A stretch of 61,496 bases of DNA, the filler included, from Actinomycetota bacterium (GTDB lineage Bacteria; Actinomycetota; CADDZG01; JAHWKV01; JAOPZY01): the NCBI GenBank assembly GCA_025963875.1. It is 8 parts of 8 records of this genome, joined end to end, with 100 filler letters (N's around TTAATTAATTAA, not from the genome) between each part and the next. Parts side by side here need not be neighbours in the genome. Positions count along the whole stretch, not along the records: positions 1 to 14,002 come from JAOPZY010000273.1; positions 14,103 to 22,182 come from JAOPZY010000005.1; 6 more parts are not named here. One strand, 5' to 3'. Under the pieces are notes generated by a model, which had not been told where the DNA came from, ran no database searches, and saw nothing but the letters and a program-made list of their open reading frames with translations. Both the position numbers and the translations under genes were made by a program. This document shows, piece after piece, positions 8,277 to 17,061 of this stretch (the stretch's first letter is position 1; each line of letters opens with the position of its first letter).

Positions 8277-9539
8277 TCAGGAGCCCGTTTGCAGCACCAC
8301 GCTGCCGAGCCAGTGGCAGGCGAGGAGCGCGAGCTCCACATCGAGCCGGCCCTCTCGGAGGGGACGGCCGCGAAGCTCCTCCGCTTTCTGGACGCGGTAC
8401 TGGGCCGTGTTGCGATGGAGGAAGAGCTGGTCGGCCGTCGCGGTGTAGCTGCCGCCGGTCTGGAGGAACACCCGTGCGGTCTCGCGAAGTCGCTCGTGGC
8501 GATCGGAGTCGATCGCCAGCGGGCCGAGTGTCTCGCCGACCCACTCGCGGGCCGACTCGATGTCCGAGCACATCATCGCGACGGGAGCGACGTCGGTGAA
8601 GTACGTCACCTGGACATGGGCCGGCCCGGCGGTCACGGCCACGGACTGGGCGCTGAGGGCCTGGCGATGGGTTCGGCGGAACCCCTCGACCCCGGACGCC
8701 GGCTCGCCGAGGGCCACCGAGACGGTCCGGTCGGACTCGCCGATCACCGCCTGAGGGTCGTCCCGCCGCAGCACAGCTCCGGGCGTGACCGCAAGCCAGG
8801 CCCAGGCGCTGGTCTCGTCGCAGGGGACGAACAGGGGGGCCTGGGCGGATCCGGCCGCCACCGCCAGCGCGGACGCCACGCGGTCGAGCCTGCCGAGCGG
8901 ATCGCGGTCTGCGGCCCCCCGCTCGACCCAGAGGACGACGCCGAGGTGCCGCTGGAGAAGGCGGTACCCGAGTGCTGCCTCTGCCACCTTGGGGTCGACG
9001 TCGTCTCCCGCCAGCACCGACTCGACCCGCATGATCAGCACCGCCTCGCGGTTCTGCACCCAGCGCTCCCGGGCGCTCTCGTAGGCGGCGAGGACCTGGC
9101 CGACCACCCGATCAATGGACTCAGAGACGTGCTCGACCATCCAGTGGGTGCTCATCCCCTCGACGTGGTCCCCGTGGGTCTGGGCCAGCAACTCGTCGAT
9201 GCAGTGGTGGAGGAACCGGGCCTGACCGACACGGTAGGCGCGGATCAGGGCCGTGGCCGGGACGTCGTGCTGGGCCAGCCGCCGGGCGTACTCGAGGGCG
9301 GCGGTGGGAGCCTCGACGTGGGCCGTGACGATCCCGTGCCGGAGCATGTGGACGAAGGTGACGACGTTCTCCTCGACACTGGCATCGAGAAGACTGGTCA
9401 GCTGCGGGTCGGCCCCCAACCTGGGGATGTCGCGCTGGATCAGGTCGCGGATGTCGGCGGCCAGCTCGGCGATCCGCGGTTCCAGGCTAGCTGCGACCGA
9501 GGCGACCTGCTCCCCGACTCGAGGATCGGCGATCTTCAC
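8277..9539 (-). CDS. PucR/CdaR family transcriptional regulator
   Basis: RsbRD-like N-terminus (YARRLAQ...LIRAYRVGQ), central GGDEF-like region, C-terminal HTH LRETARVFL...LFLHRNTAQYRV; start GTG 9539 or 9581. Confidence 0.9.
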   Translation of the reverse strand: MKIADPRVGEQVASVAASLEPRIAELAADIRDLIQRDIPRLGADPQLTSLLDASVEENVVTFVHMLRHGIVTAHVEAPTAALEYARRLAQHDVPATALIRAYRVGQARFLHHCIDELLAQTHGDHVEGMSTHWMVEHVSESIDRVVGQVLAAYESARERWVQNREAVLIMRVESVLAGDDVDPKVAEAALGYRLLQRHLGVVLWVERGAADRDPLGRLDRVASALAVAAGSAQAPLFVPCDETSAWAWLAVTPGAVLRRDDPQAVIGESDRTVSVALGEPASGVEGFRRTHRQALSAQSVAVTAGPAHVQVTYFTDVAPVAMMCSDIESAREWVGETLGPLAIDSDRHERLRETARVFLQTGGSYTATADQLFLHRNTAQYRVQKAEELRGRPLREGRLDVELALLACHWLGSVVLQTGS

Positions 9540-9834
9540 AGACTGATCGTAGGCCGGGCCGGGGTCCGTGCCAATGGGCACAGGACCGTCATCGGCATGA
9601 CTGCCGAGGCCTGTGGGCCCGGATGTGGGGAGCGGGTCGCCCCCAAGCGCTGTGCTGAGGCCACGAAGCGCACAGGAAATTTCGTCGTGAGGACACGATG
9701 CCCCGGTGGCCCCCCAACCGCTAGCGTGGGTTCCGCGTCGACGTGAAGAGCGAGCTTCTCATCAGCAGCGAAAATCCCCCGGGCCCTGCCTGGCAAGCGT
9801 CAGGCAGCGTCCGCCAGATAAGAGAGGAGTTGTC

Positions 9835-10389
9835 ATGTTCCGTTCCCTGTCGAAATCACTGCTCTGGCGCGGTCTGCTGGCCATCGCCATCGGCATCGTC
9901 TCCATCGCGTGGCCGGGGGTGACCATTACCGCGGTCGTGGTCATCTTCGCGGTCGCCGTCTTCGTCGACGCAGTTCACCAAGGCAGCCGGGCCTTCTCCA
10001 GCGAGCGGGCAGGACCCGTCGCCGGCCATCTGCTGCTCGCTCTCCTCGACATCGCCGCCGGTGTCGTCGCCATCGCCTGGCCGGGCATCACGGCCTACGT
10101 GTTGACGATCTGGATCGGGGCCTGGGCCGTCGTCACCGGCATCGGCGAGTTCGCCATGGCGTTCGCCTCGCACGAGGCCGCAGGCCAGCGAGCCCTGCTC
10201 GGCTTCGGCGGGTTGCTCTCCGTGGCACTCGGCGTCGCGCTGTTCGCCCGCCCGGACCTGGGCGCCGTGTCGCTTGCCGAGGTCTTCGGGCTCTTCAGCC
10301 TCGCCTTGGGGACCTGGAGCCTCGTCGTCGCCGCCTCCGCCCAGCACGCTCACTCGCAGATCGAGGGCGCGCTCCGATCGGGCGCCTGA
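9835..10389 (+). CDS. HdeD/DUF308 family membrane protein
   Basis: LLWRGLLAIAIG...WPG...IGAWAVVTG repeated TM hairpins; GAGGAG RBS before ATG 9835. Confidence 0.88.
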   Translation: MFRSLSKSLLWRGLLAIAIGIVSIAWPGVTITAVVVIFAVAVFVDAVHQGSRAFSSERAGPVAGHLLLALLDIAAGVVAIAWPGITAYVLTIWIGAWAVVTGIGEFAMAFASHEAAGQRALLGFGGLLSVALGVALFARPDLGAVSLAEVFGLFSLALGTWSLVVAASAQHAHSQIEGALRSGA

Positions 10390-10497
10390 CCCTGCCGATC
10401 ACCACAGATGCCCAGGGTGGGGCGGTCGGCGTCGTGCTGGACGCCCGCCCCGCTCTGGGTGCCTACCACCAGAGCCACACATGAGAGGAGCACGACC

Positions 10498-11457
10498 ATG
10501 AGTCAACGATTCTTCCCTGATGCGGCCGCAACCTCCGGCCTGGCCGCTTGGCCCGCCGAGGGCGTCACCTCGGCCGAGGCAGGGACGGACGCGGAGCACG
10601 CGGAGGGACTCCTCGCAGGGGCCGGCGGCGTCGAGATCTACTGGCAGGCCTGGGTGCCCTCTAGGGAGCCTCGGGCTGTCGTGGTCATCGCCCACGGCAT
10701 CGGCGGGCACTCCGGGTGCTACGGGCATGTCGCTGCCCGCCTCAACGCCGCCGGCTTCGCCGCCTACGCACTCGACCACCGCGGGCACGGCCGCTCCTCG
10801 GGACCGCGAGGCCTCATCGACCGCATGGACAACACGGTCGAGGACGTCGACTCCCTTGTGAGCCTCGCCGCCACCCGGCATGCGGGCCGCCCCCTTCATC
10901 TTCTCGGGCACAGCATGGGCGGCGCGATCGCGATCGCCTACACGCTGCGTCACCAGGAGCGGCTCCGTGGGCTTCTCCTCTCCTCGGCCGCGGCGTCGCT
11001 TGGCAGCGCCCCGGCCTCAACACGCCTTGAGGCCAAGGCTCTTGGTGCGGTCGCCCCTACGGCGGGGATCATGGAGATCGACCCCTCGCTGATCAGCCAC
11101 GATCCGGCGGTGGTGCGCGCCTACCGTGAGGATCCTCTCGTCTACCAGGGCAAGCTCCCCGCTCGCACCGTCGCCGAGGTCGCCGCCACGATCGAGGGCT
11201 TTGCCGCCGGGGTGCCGGCCCTGCGCGTGCCGCTGCTGGTCATGGCCGGCACCGGTGACCGCATCGTCCCTCCGTCGGGCAGCCGCATGGTGTACGACTG
11301 TGCCGGTTCGCCGGACCGCACCCTGCGGCTCTACGACGGCCTGTATCACGAGCTGTTCAACGAGCCCGAGCGCCGCGTGGTGCTCGGAGACGTCACCGCG
11401 TGGCTCGATGCTCGCACCGTTCCCCAGCACGTGGAAGCTCAGGCGCTGAGCGCGTGA
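10498..11457 (+). CDS. Alpha/beta hydrolase (lysophospholipase/monoacylglycerol lipase-like)
   Basis: AHGIGGHSG, DHRGHGRS, GHSMGG nucleophile elbow, GTGD, HELFNEPE; GAGGAG RBS before ATG 10498. Confidence 0.92.
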   Translation: MSQRFFPDAAATSGLAAWPAEGVTSAEAGTDAEHAEGLLAGAGGVEIYWQAWVPSREPRAVVVIAHGIGGHSGCYGHVAARLNAAGFAAYALDHRGHGRSSGPRGLIDRMDNTVEDVDSLVSLAATRHAGRPLHLLGHSMGGAIAIAYTLRHQERLRGLLLSSAAASLGSAPASTRLEAKALGAVAPTAGIMEIDPSLISHDPAVVRAYREDPLVYQGKLPARTVAEVAATIEGFAAGVPALRVPLLVMAGTGDRIVPPSGSRMVYDCAGSPDRTLRLYDGLYHELFNEPERRVVLGDVTAWLDARTVPQHVEAQALSA

Positions 11458-11694
11458 ATGTCCACGGGGGCGCCCAGGGCGCCTCCCTCGCCTCGAAGAC
11501 GAATTCCAGCCGACCTCGGGGCATCCCAGGCCGTGGTCCCAACGCCACGGCGAGCTGTTCTGCTGCCGCGGATCATGATCTGGCGCCTGATTGTCTCCGT
11601 ATCGATCCCGTTGCTCATCGGTGCGGCCGGCTGCCTTCCCTTCCCGGCGGCGCTCCCCAATCATCAGTCCAGGCTGCTCGGCGACGCCGGGGTA

Positions 11695-12852
11695 ATGGTC
11701 ATGGCAGCTAGAGAGGTGCCCCTCGCCCCGTCGACTGCCGACCGCACGAGGCGAGCCCGCCTCTTCGAGGCCGCGCGGGAGCAGGGCGTCCCCCTGGCAG
11801 CGATCCTCACCTCCGTCGCCGTGGTGGTCGGCCTCTACCTGGTGGGCAAGCTCGCCTACCGGTTGCGTGACATCCTGCTCATCTTGCTGATGGCTGGATT
11901 CGTGGCCGTGGTTCTGAACCCGTTGGTGGTGGTCCTTCAGAGGGTGGGGATCTCACGAAGGGGAGACGCCGTGGCGGTGGTGACGGTGCTGGCGGTCCTG
12001 GCGTTCGCCGGCCTGGCGGTGGCGTTCGGGTCCCCCTTGATCACCGGGGTTACCCACCTCCCCCATGGCCTACCGGCTTACGTGGCTCAGGCGCAGCACG
12101 GGAAAGGCTGGATCGGGCACCTGGTGCGCCGCTACCACATCGAGGCCTGGGTGCAGAAGAACGCTCCCAAGCTGGCCGGTGTCGGGTCGAGCCTCGCAAG
12201 GCCGGCCCTGACCTTGGGGAGGGGCGCCGTGACGCTGATGATCACGCTGTTGACCATCTTCGTCCTCGTAGTGCTGTTCCTCCTTGAGGGCCCGAAGTTC
12301 CGCACCTCAGCGCTTCGGATGATGTCCCCCGAGCGAGCAGCACGATACGCCCGGGTGGCGGGGGAGGTCAGCAGGTCGGTCGCCGGTTACGTGCTGGGAG
12401 ACCTGATGACCTCCTTGATCGCCGGCACCGTGGTCCTCCTTACGCTGGCGGTCCTCGGCGTCCCCTTCGCATTCTTGTGGGGCCTGTGGGTGGCGCTCGT
12501 TGACTTTCTCCCCGAGATCGGCGGCGCCCTCGCGGGGATCCCCACGGTGTTGTTCGCGGCCACGCATTCAATCACTGCAGGCATCGTGACCCTGGTGGTC
12601 TTCCTCGTCTACACGCAGTTCGAGAACCATGTGCTCAACCCCGTGATCATGAGCCGGACCGTGAAGGTCAACCCCTTGCTGGTGCTGGTATCCATCCTGG
12701 TCGCAGCCTCGATAGGCAGCTGGATCGGAGGAACCTTCGGCGGCTTCGTGGCAGCGCTGCTCGCCATTCCCGTCGCCAGCTCAATCCAGGTGATCGTGCG
12801 TGAGGTCTGGACTGCCACCGCTCCGGTGGACCACCGCGAACTTGAGCGATAG
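11695..12852 (+). CDS. AI-2E family transporter
   Basis: Multi-TM; FVAVVLNPLV, LPEIGG, QFENHVLNPVIMSRTVKVNPL, ALLAIPVA; start uncertain (11695/11701; ORF opens at 11458). Confidence 0.88.
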   Translation: MVMAAREVPLAPSTADRTRRARLFEAAREQGVPLAAILTSVAVVVGLYLVGKLAYRLRDILLILLMAGFVAVVLNPLVVVLQRVGISRRGDAVAVVTVLAVLAFAGLAVAFGSPLITGVTHLPHGLPAYVAQAQHGKGWIGHLVRRYHIEAWVQKNAPKLAGVGSSLARPALTLGRGAVTLMITLLTIFVLVVLFLLEGPKFRTSALRMMSPERAARYARVAGEVSRSVAGYVLGDLMTSLIAGTVVLLTLAVLGVPFAFLWGLWVALVDFLPEIGGALAGIPTVLFAATHSITAGIVTLVVFLVYTQFENHVLNPVIMSRTVKVNPLLVLVSILVAASIGSWIGGTFGGFVAALLAIPVASSIQVIVREVWTATAPVDHRELER

Positions 12853-13302
12853 GGGGACAGGTTCGCCAAGCCGTGTCAAGCCTTGGTCGGGGACCCTGAC
12901 CGCTCGAGTCTTCGCCGAGAATCCCGGCGTTCCGCGCTTGCCTGGAGCCAGATCCAAGAAGGTCGTCATTGGGTATCCCCGGCCCTTTGGTGGCCGACCG
13001 GCCGGCCTCGAGCGCGCGCAGTTCCTCCAGCAAGGCTTCGGTCCAGACGCCGTCGGTAAGAGGTGGAGCCCGGGATTACCTCGGACTTCGCAATCCTTCA
13101 GGAGGCGAAGGTTAAATCCCTGACCGGAAGCTTCCGATTGCTAGGCTTGGCATAAGGCTGGAAGAGGGTTTCACGTACGGAGGCACCCGATCGACCCTCT
13201 GAGGCGATCCTGGGCCCTCGGCGAAGAGCGGATAATTCTGGCCTCAGCGCTCACGGCCCACCTGCGGAAACGCACTAACGCACAGCGTTTGGGCTTATCT
13301 AC

Positions 13303-13339
13303 TTGCAAAACAGGCGCTCTACCACTGAGCTACGGCCCC
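13303..13339 (-). tRNA. 5' half only of tRNA-Ala(UGC) (fragment), copy 3
   Basis: Minus strand GGGGCCGTAGCTCAGTGGTAGAGCGCCTGTTTTGCAA (D-loop 1 nt shorter); no 3' half. Confidence 0.88.
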
Positions 13340-13355
13340 ATGTTTACTTATGCTT

Positions 13356-13384
13356 AGAATCTCCTAAACGGGCCAGGATGTCAA
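13356..13384 (-). promoter_or_regulatory. Putative promoter directed into tRNA-half copy 3
   Basis: Minus strand TTGACA (13384-13379) - 17 nt - GATTCT (13361-13356); perfect -35, weak -10. Confidence 0.5.
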
Positions 13385-13593
13385 GCCGTTTCCCGGCCGA
13401 GAACCGCACAGCGCATGAAGAGCGGATAATTGTCGATCTGGGCCCCACCGAGCACGCTGTCCTCCTGGCCGACAGGACCTGCGAGTCGTCCAAGTGGGGC
13501 GGCCCAACGCCGCAGGCTGGGTGGCCTACCGGAACCACCAGCGACCGCCAGAGGCCACTGAAGTTCGACATCCCCGGGCGGAACAAGAGCGCT

Positions 13594-13845
13594 CTATCGC
13601 CAGCGGAGCGTCTCGGCGATGGCCCGGAACAGCTCGCCGAACGCCGTCTCAAACCCGACGTTCGGGGTGGCGAAGCTGAGTGTCACGATGTCGCCAACGG
13701 TTGGCACGAAATACTGAACACTGCAGGCCTCCGCTCGGACGTCGTGACTAGGCAGGGGAATGGTGACGCGCCTGAGCAGACGGACGGCCAGCCCGACGGG
13801 AAGCTGCACCAGGTCAGCGTCGACATTCGCTTCCCCTGAAGCCCG
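13594..13845 (-). pseudogene. C-terminal remnant of an actinobacterial hypothetical protein
   Basis: VQLPVGLAVR...VQYFVP...LSFATPN...FGELFRAIAETLRW is protein-like; 5' part replaced by IS3-like sequence. Confidence 0.5.
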
Positions 13846-13876
13846 GACCCGCTCAAGCAGCTGGGAGGCCTCTGGC

Positions 13877-13981
13877 CTGCGGGCTGAGCACCCCAACCAC
13901 GTCTGGGCGGTCGACTTCCAGTTCGACGAGACCGAGGAGGGACGAAGACTGAGGCTCACCAACATTGTCGACGAGCACACT
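13877..13981 (+). mobile_element. IS3-family transposase fragment (integrase core)
   Basis: LRAEHPNHVWAVDFQFDETEEGRRLRLTNIVDEHT matches the IS3 OrfB W-x2-D...VDE region. Confidence 0.8.
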
Positions 13982-14002
13982 TCTGGTGATACTCGACGGG
14001 GG

Positions 14003-14102
14003 NNNNNNNNNNNNNNNNNNNNNNNNNNNNNNNNNNNNNNNNNNNNTTAATTAATTAANNNNNNNNNNNNNNNNNNNNNNNNNNNNNNNNNNNNNNNNNN
14101 NN
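14003..14102. other. Artificial contig spacer
   Basis: N44-TTAATTAATTAA-N44 six-frame-stop linker, identical at seven places. Confidence 0.99.
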
Positions 14103-14151
14103 CCCTTAGGAGGGGTGCGTCAAAACATGCCATTAAGAGTCTTTAATCCAA

Positions 14152-14213
14152 TACATGGGTTGGTGTAGAGATGGGCGAGCCACTACATGGGTTGGTGTAG
14201 AGATGGGCGAGCC
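14152..14213. repeat. Perfect 30-bp tandem duplication
   Basis: TACATGGGTTGGTGTAGAGATGGGCGAGCC at 14152-14181 and 14184-14213. Confidence 0.95.
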
Positions 14214-14326
14214 GATGCAGGCATGCCTCCTGTTGGGGAAACGTGTCCTGGCGGGACCTTGAAGGCAGTCTTGGGCGCTATGGCGCGATTGCCGAAGACA
14301 AAACGTCGCTCAAATGGCGCATATGG

Positions 14327-14986
14327 TCAGGGCACGCGGCCAGATGGCCTCAGCGATGGTTCCATCAGTTCCCAGAACGTCTCGAGCCGGTCGAGGAGGT
14401 CCTGCCGCTCGCTCAAGGCCTGCGAGACTGCCTGAGCGCCGTAGAAGAACGAGACCATGAGCTGCGCAGCCGCCGCCGAATCCACGCCGGTGCGCACCTG
14501 CCCACGGGTCTTGGCACGTTCGAGAAGCTGGGTCACGCGCTCGATCCACCCCACGAAGGGCGCCGGCAGGTCGATCCTTATGAGGTTGCGCTCGTTCGAG
14601 AGCCGGGTGGCCGCACGGGTGAAGCTGTCGGTCTGGTACCCCCGCCCCACCCGGTAGCTCATGTCGATCAGGGCGTCGACCAGGTTGTCGTGCTCACCCG
14701 CGACGCGGGAGGCCAACCGTTCCCATGCCGCGAAGTGGCGGCGGACGATCTCTGCCGCGAGGCGTTCCTTCGTGGGGAAGAAATGGTAGAGGGCTCCCTT
14801 TGTGAGACCCAGTTCCTGCACCACGTCGTTCAGGTTGACCCCGAGATAACCCCGGCGATCGAAGGCCCGGGCGGCCGCCTCCAGAATCCGCTCGCGGGTG
14901 GCCTCACCCCGCACGGACCTCCGGTTCGCAGCTCGCCGGCGTGGTTCGTCCTGCTGCCCAGGAGCCTGTGGCCGGGACGGCCTCAT
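14327..14986 (-). CDS. scbR: ScbR/ArpA-family TetR regulator (gamma-butyrolactone autoregulator receptor-like)
   Basis: RGEATRERILEAAARAFDRRGY, LTKGALYHFFPTKE, RAATRL, PFVGW, FFYGAQ, RLETFWELMEP; divergent from an AfsA gene. Confidence 0.87.
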   Translation of the reverse strand: MRPSRPQAPGQQDEPRRRAANRRSVRGEATRERILEAAARAFDRRGYLGVNLNDVVQELGLTKGALYHFFPTKERLAAEIVRRHFAAWERLASRVAGEHDNLVDALIDMSYRVGRGYQTDSFTRAATRLSNERNLIRIDLPAPFVGWIERVTQLLERAKTRGQVRTGVDSAAAAQLMVSFFYGAQAVSQALSERQDLLDRLETFWELMEPSLRPSGRVP

Positions 14987-15023
14987 GACAACGTCAGCCT
15001 CATGGCAACGTCATGCCCGCTGC

Positions 15024-15041
15024 ATACCTACCGGACGGTAC
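15024..15041. promoter_or_regulatory. ARE-like operator between scbR and afsA
   Basis: ATACCTACCGGACGGTAC fits the AWAC-NN-ACY-NNN-CGGTW pattern of ArpA/ScbR autoregulatory elements. Confidence 0.7.
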
Positions 15042-15088
15042 GATGCTACGCTGCTCCCAACCGGCCGCAGTACTAGCACACGGAGTCG

Positions 15089-16054
15089 GTGGCGAAGGTG
15101 AGGGGACTAGGAACCGTCGGCACCAGATCAACATACCTTACCCAAGGGCTGAATTGGACGCGCCCCGTGCTCTTGGAGCTGGTTCACCGATCCGCCGAGT
15201 CCGAGGTTCTCATCACGAGCGTCTCCCGTGACGGCGACGATGCCTACCTGCTCGCTGCACGCTGGCCGAGGGAGCACACGTTCTACCAGCCGGACGAGAC
15301 AGGCCGCCACGATCCGATGCTCATCCCCGAGACCATGCGGCAGGCAGGGATCGTTGTGGCCCACACTGGTTACGACGTGCCCTTCGGTACTCAATTCATT
15401 ATGGCCGACATCTGTTTTTATCTGGTCAATACCGCCCCCCTGATCGTCGGAACTGGCCAGCAGCAGATCGTCGTATCGCTCTCGTGCTCCGAGTTTGTCC
15501 GCAGGGGCAGGATGCTCCGGCGGGCGCGCTTCCACGTTGGCCTTCTCCGGGATGGCGTCCGATTCGCCTATGGGTCGGGCCTTCTGGTCTGCCTCCCGTC
15601 CGGCGCCTACGAACGGCTTCGAACGCGGCGCGGTCCGCCGTCCTCGGCTCCGTGCCGGAGGCAGCCGACGCTGCATCCGGCGGTCGTGGGGCGGCGGTGG
15701 GAAGGCGATGTCCTCCTCTGCGACGGGCCGGACTGGCGCCGCGGGAGCTCCACAGCGTCCTGGGAGGTGCAGGTCGATCCGGCCCACCCCGCCCTCTTCG
15801 ACCACCCGTTGGATCATCTGCCTGGCATGGTCCAGCTCGAGACGTTCCGTCAGGCTGCCCTTGCGCTCACGACGCCGGCGGGTGATGCGAACCGGCACCG
15901 GTTCCTCGGCTGTGACGTCCGGTTCCTCCGTATGGCGTATGTCCCCGCATCGGTGCGCTGCTGGGCCCGGCGGCTTGAGTCGCATACCGTCCAGGTCGAG
16001 CTCGCCGACGAGGGTCTGACGCCTCTGACCGAGGGCTCCGTGCGGCTGGGTTGA
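15089..16054 (+). CDS. afsA: AfsA/ScbA/BarX-family autoregulator synthase (double hot-dog)
   Basis: LVHRSAESEVLIT, ARWPREHTFY, HDPMLIPETMRQAG, HTGYDVP, VGRRWEGDVLL, HPALFDHPLDHLPGMVQLETFRQAA. Confidence 0.92.
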   Translation: MAKVRGLGTVGTRSTYLTQGLNWTRPVLLELVHRSAESEVLITSVSRDGDDAYLLAARWPREHTFYQPDETGRHDPMLIPETMRQAGIVVAHTGYDVPFGTQFIMADICFYLVNTAPLIVGTGQQQIVVSLSCSEFVRRGRMLRRARFHVGLLRDGVRFAYGSGLLVCLPSGAYERLRTRRGPPSSAPCRRQPTLHPAVVGRRWEGDVLLCDGPDWRRGSSTASWEVQVDPAHPALFDHPLDHLPGMVQLETFRQAALALTTPAGDANRHRFLGCDVRFLRMAYVPASVRCWARRLESHTVQVELADEGLTPLTEGSVRLG

Positions 16055-16108
16055 CCGGCCGCGGTAGCACGCGGTTCGTCGGACGGAAGGTTTGGCGCTT
16101 CGGCAAAT

Positions 16109-16137
16109 TGGACATCATACCTTCCGTAAGGTATGCT
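16109..16137 (+). promoter_or_regulatory. Promoter upstream of etfB overlapped by a perfect ARE-like palindrome
   Basis: TGGACA - 17 nt - TATGCT; CATACCTT-CCGT-AAGGTATG (16116-16135) covers the spacer and -10. Confidence 0.72.
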
Positions 16138-16281
16138 TTATCTGTATCTTTGCTGTCGGGCGCGTCCGGGTCTCGACTTCCTTGCGAGACCCTGGCGTCC
16201 CCGCCAGGACGTCCTCCCCCTGCGGCCATTCGCCGAGCCAGACGCCATCTCAGGACCGGCACCTCGTAGACTCACCGGCGG

Positions 16282-17061
16282 ATGGACATCATCGTCGCTC
16301 TGAAGCAGGTGCCAGACGTGGGCGCCGGCATTGCGATCAACGACGAAGGCACCGACCTCGCCCGGGACCGGCTCGGCTTCGTCACGAACCCCTTCGACGA
16401 GTGGGCGCTGGAGGAGGCGCTGTTGTTGAAGGACATGACCGACGGGTGGGTGACCGTCGTCTCCCTCGACGATCCCGGTATCGACCACGCCCTCTACCGC
16501 GCCCTTGCGCTCGGCGCCGACCATGCGGTGAAGCTCGTCGGAACCGGCCCGGCGTGGATCGACTCCCATCGACGGGCCGGCATCATGGCGTCCTGGATCC
16601 GCGAGCAGCTCTACGACCTCATCCTCTCCGGCGTGCAGGCCCCCGACGACCTCGATGGGCAACTCCCGGCCCTGCTTGCCGCGGGCCTGGGTCATCCCTT
16701 CGCATCGGTGGTGGTGGCCGTGGAAGTCACCGAAACCGGCCTGATCGCCACCCAGGAGTTCGGCGGCGGCCGCGTCGGCCGGATCGAGCTTGCACTGCCG
16801 GCCGTGCTCGGCATCCAGGGGTCGCTCCGGGATCCACGCTACGTCTCGGACATGCGGATCCGCCTTGCGAGCATGGGCGGAGGCATCGAGGAGGTGCGCT
16901 CTGATGGAGAAACCGGTGTGCCAACCGCCGGCTCCGGGCTCAGCGTTCGCCGTGTGTTCACGCCCGAGGCGTCCCGGCGGGCGGTGATGCTGCCGGCATC
17001 GCCCCACGAAGCGGCCGATGCCATTCTCGGCCTCCTCCGCGAACGCGGCCTGATCGCTTGA
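16282..17061 (+). CDS. etfB: Electron transfer flavoprotein beta subunit
   Basis: IIVALKQVPD, NPFDEWALEEA, ALALGAD, DLILSGVQA, LPAVL...PRY. Confidence 0.93.
   Translation: MDIIVALKQVPDVGAGIAINDEGTDLARDRLGFVTNPFDEWALEEALLLKDMTDGWVTVVSLDDPGIDHALYRALALGADHAVKLVGTGPAWIDSHRRAGIMASWIREQLYDLILSGVQAPDDLDGQLPALLAAGLGHPFASVVVAVEVTETGLIATQEFGGGRVGRIELALPAVLGIQGSLRDPRYVSDMRIRLASMGGGIEEVRSDGETGVPTAGSGLSVRRVFTPEASRRAVMLPASPHEAADAILGLLRERGLIA

Larger units (their letters stand above)
13187..13432 (-). repeat. tRNA-Ala-half / att-like repeat unit, copy 3
   Basis: Left arm nearly identical to copy 2; right arm divergent but keeps GTCAAGCC and GAACCGCACAGCGC; GAAGAGCGGATAATT occurs at both 13223 and 13418. 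Confidence 0.9.

Noticed and set aside
1528..13339. Three functional tRNA-Ala genes, or intron-split tRNAs
   Set aside because: No T-arm (GTTCGA), 3' acceptor strand or CCA follows any copy, and I see no 3' exon or group I intron core on the contig
14152..14213. CRISPR array
   Set aside because: Only two units with a 2-nt gap, no spacers, no cas genes
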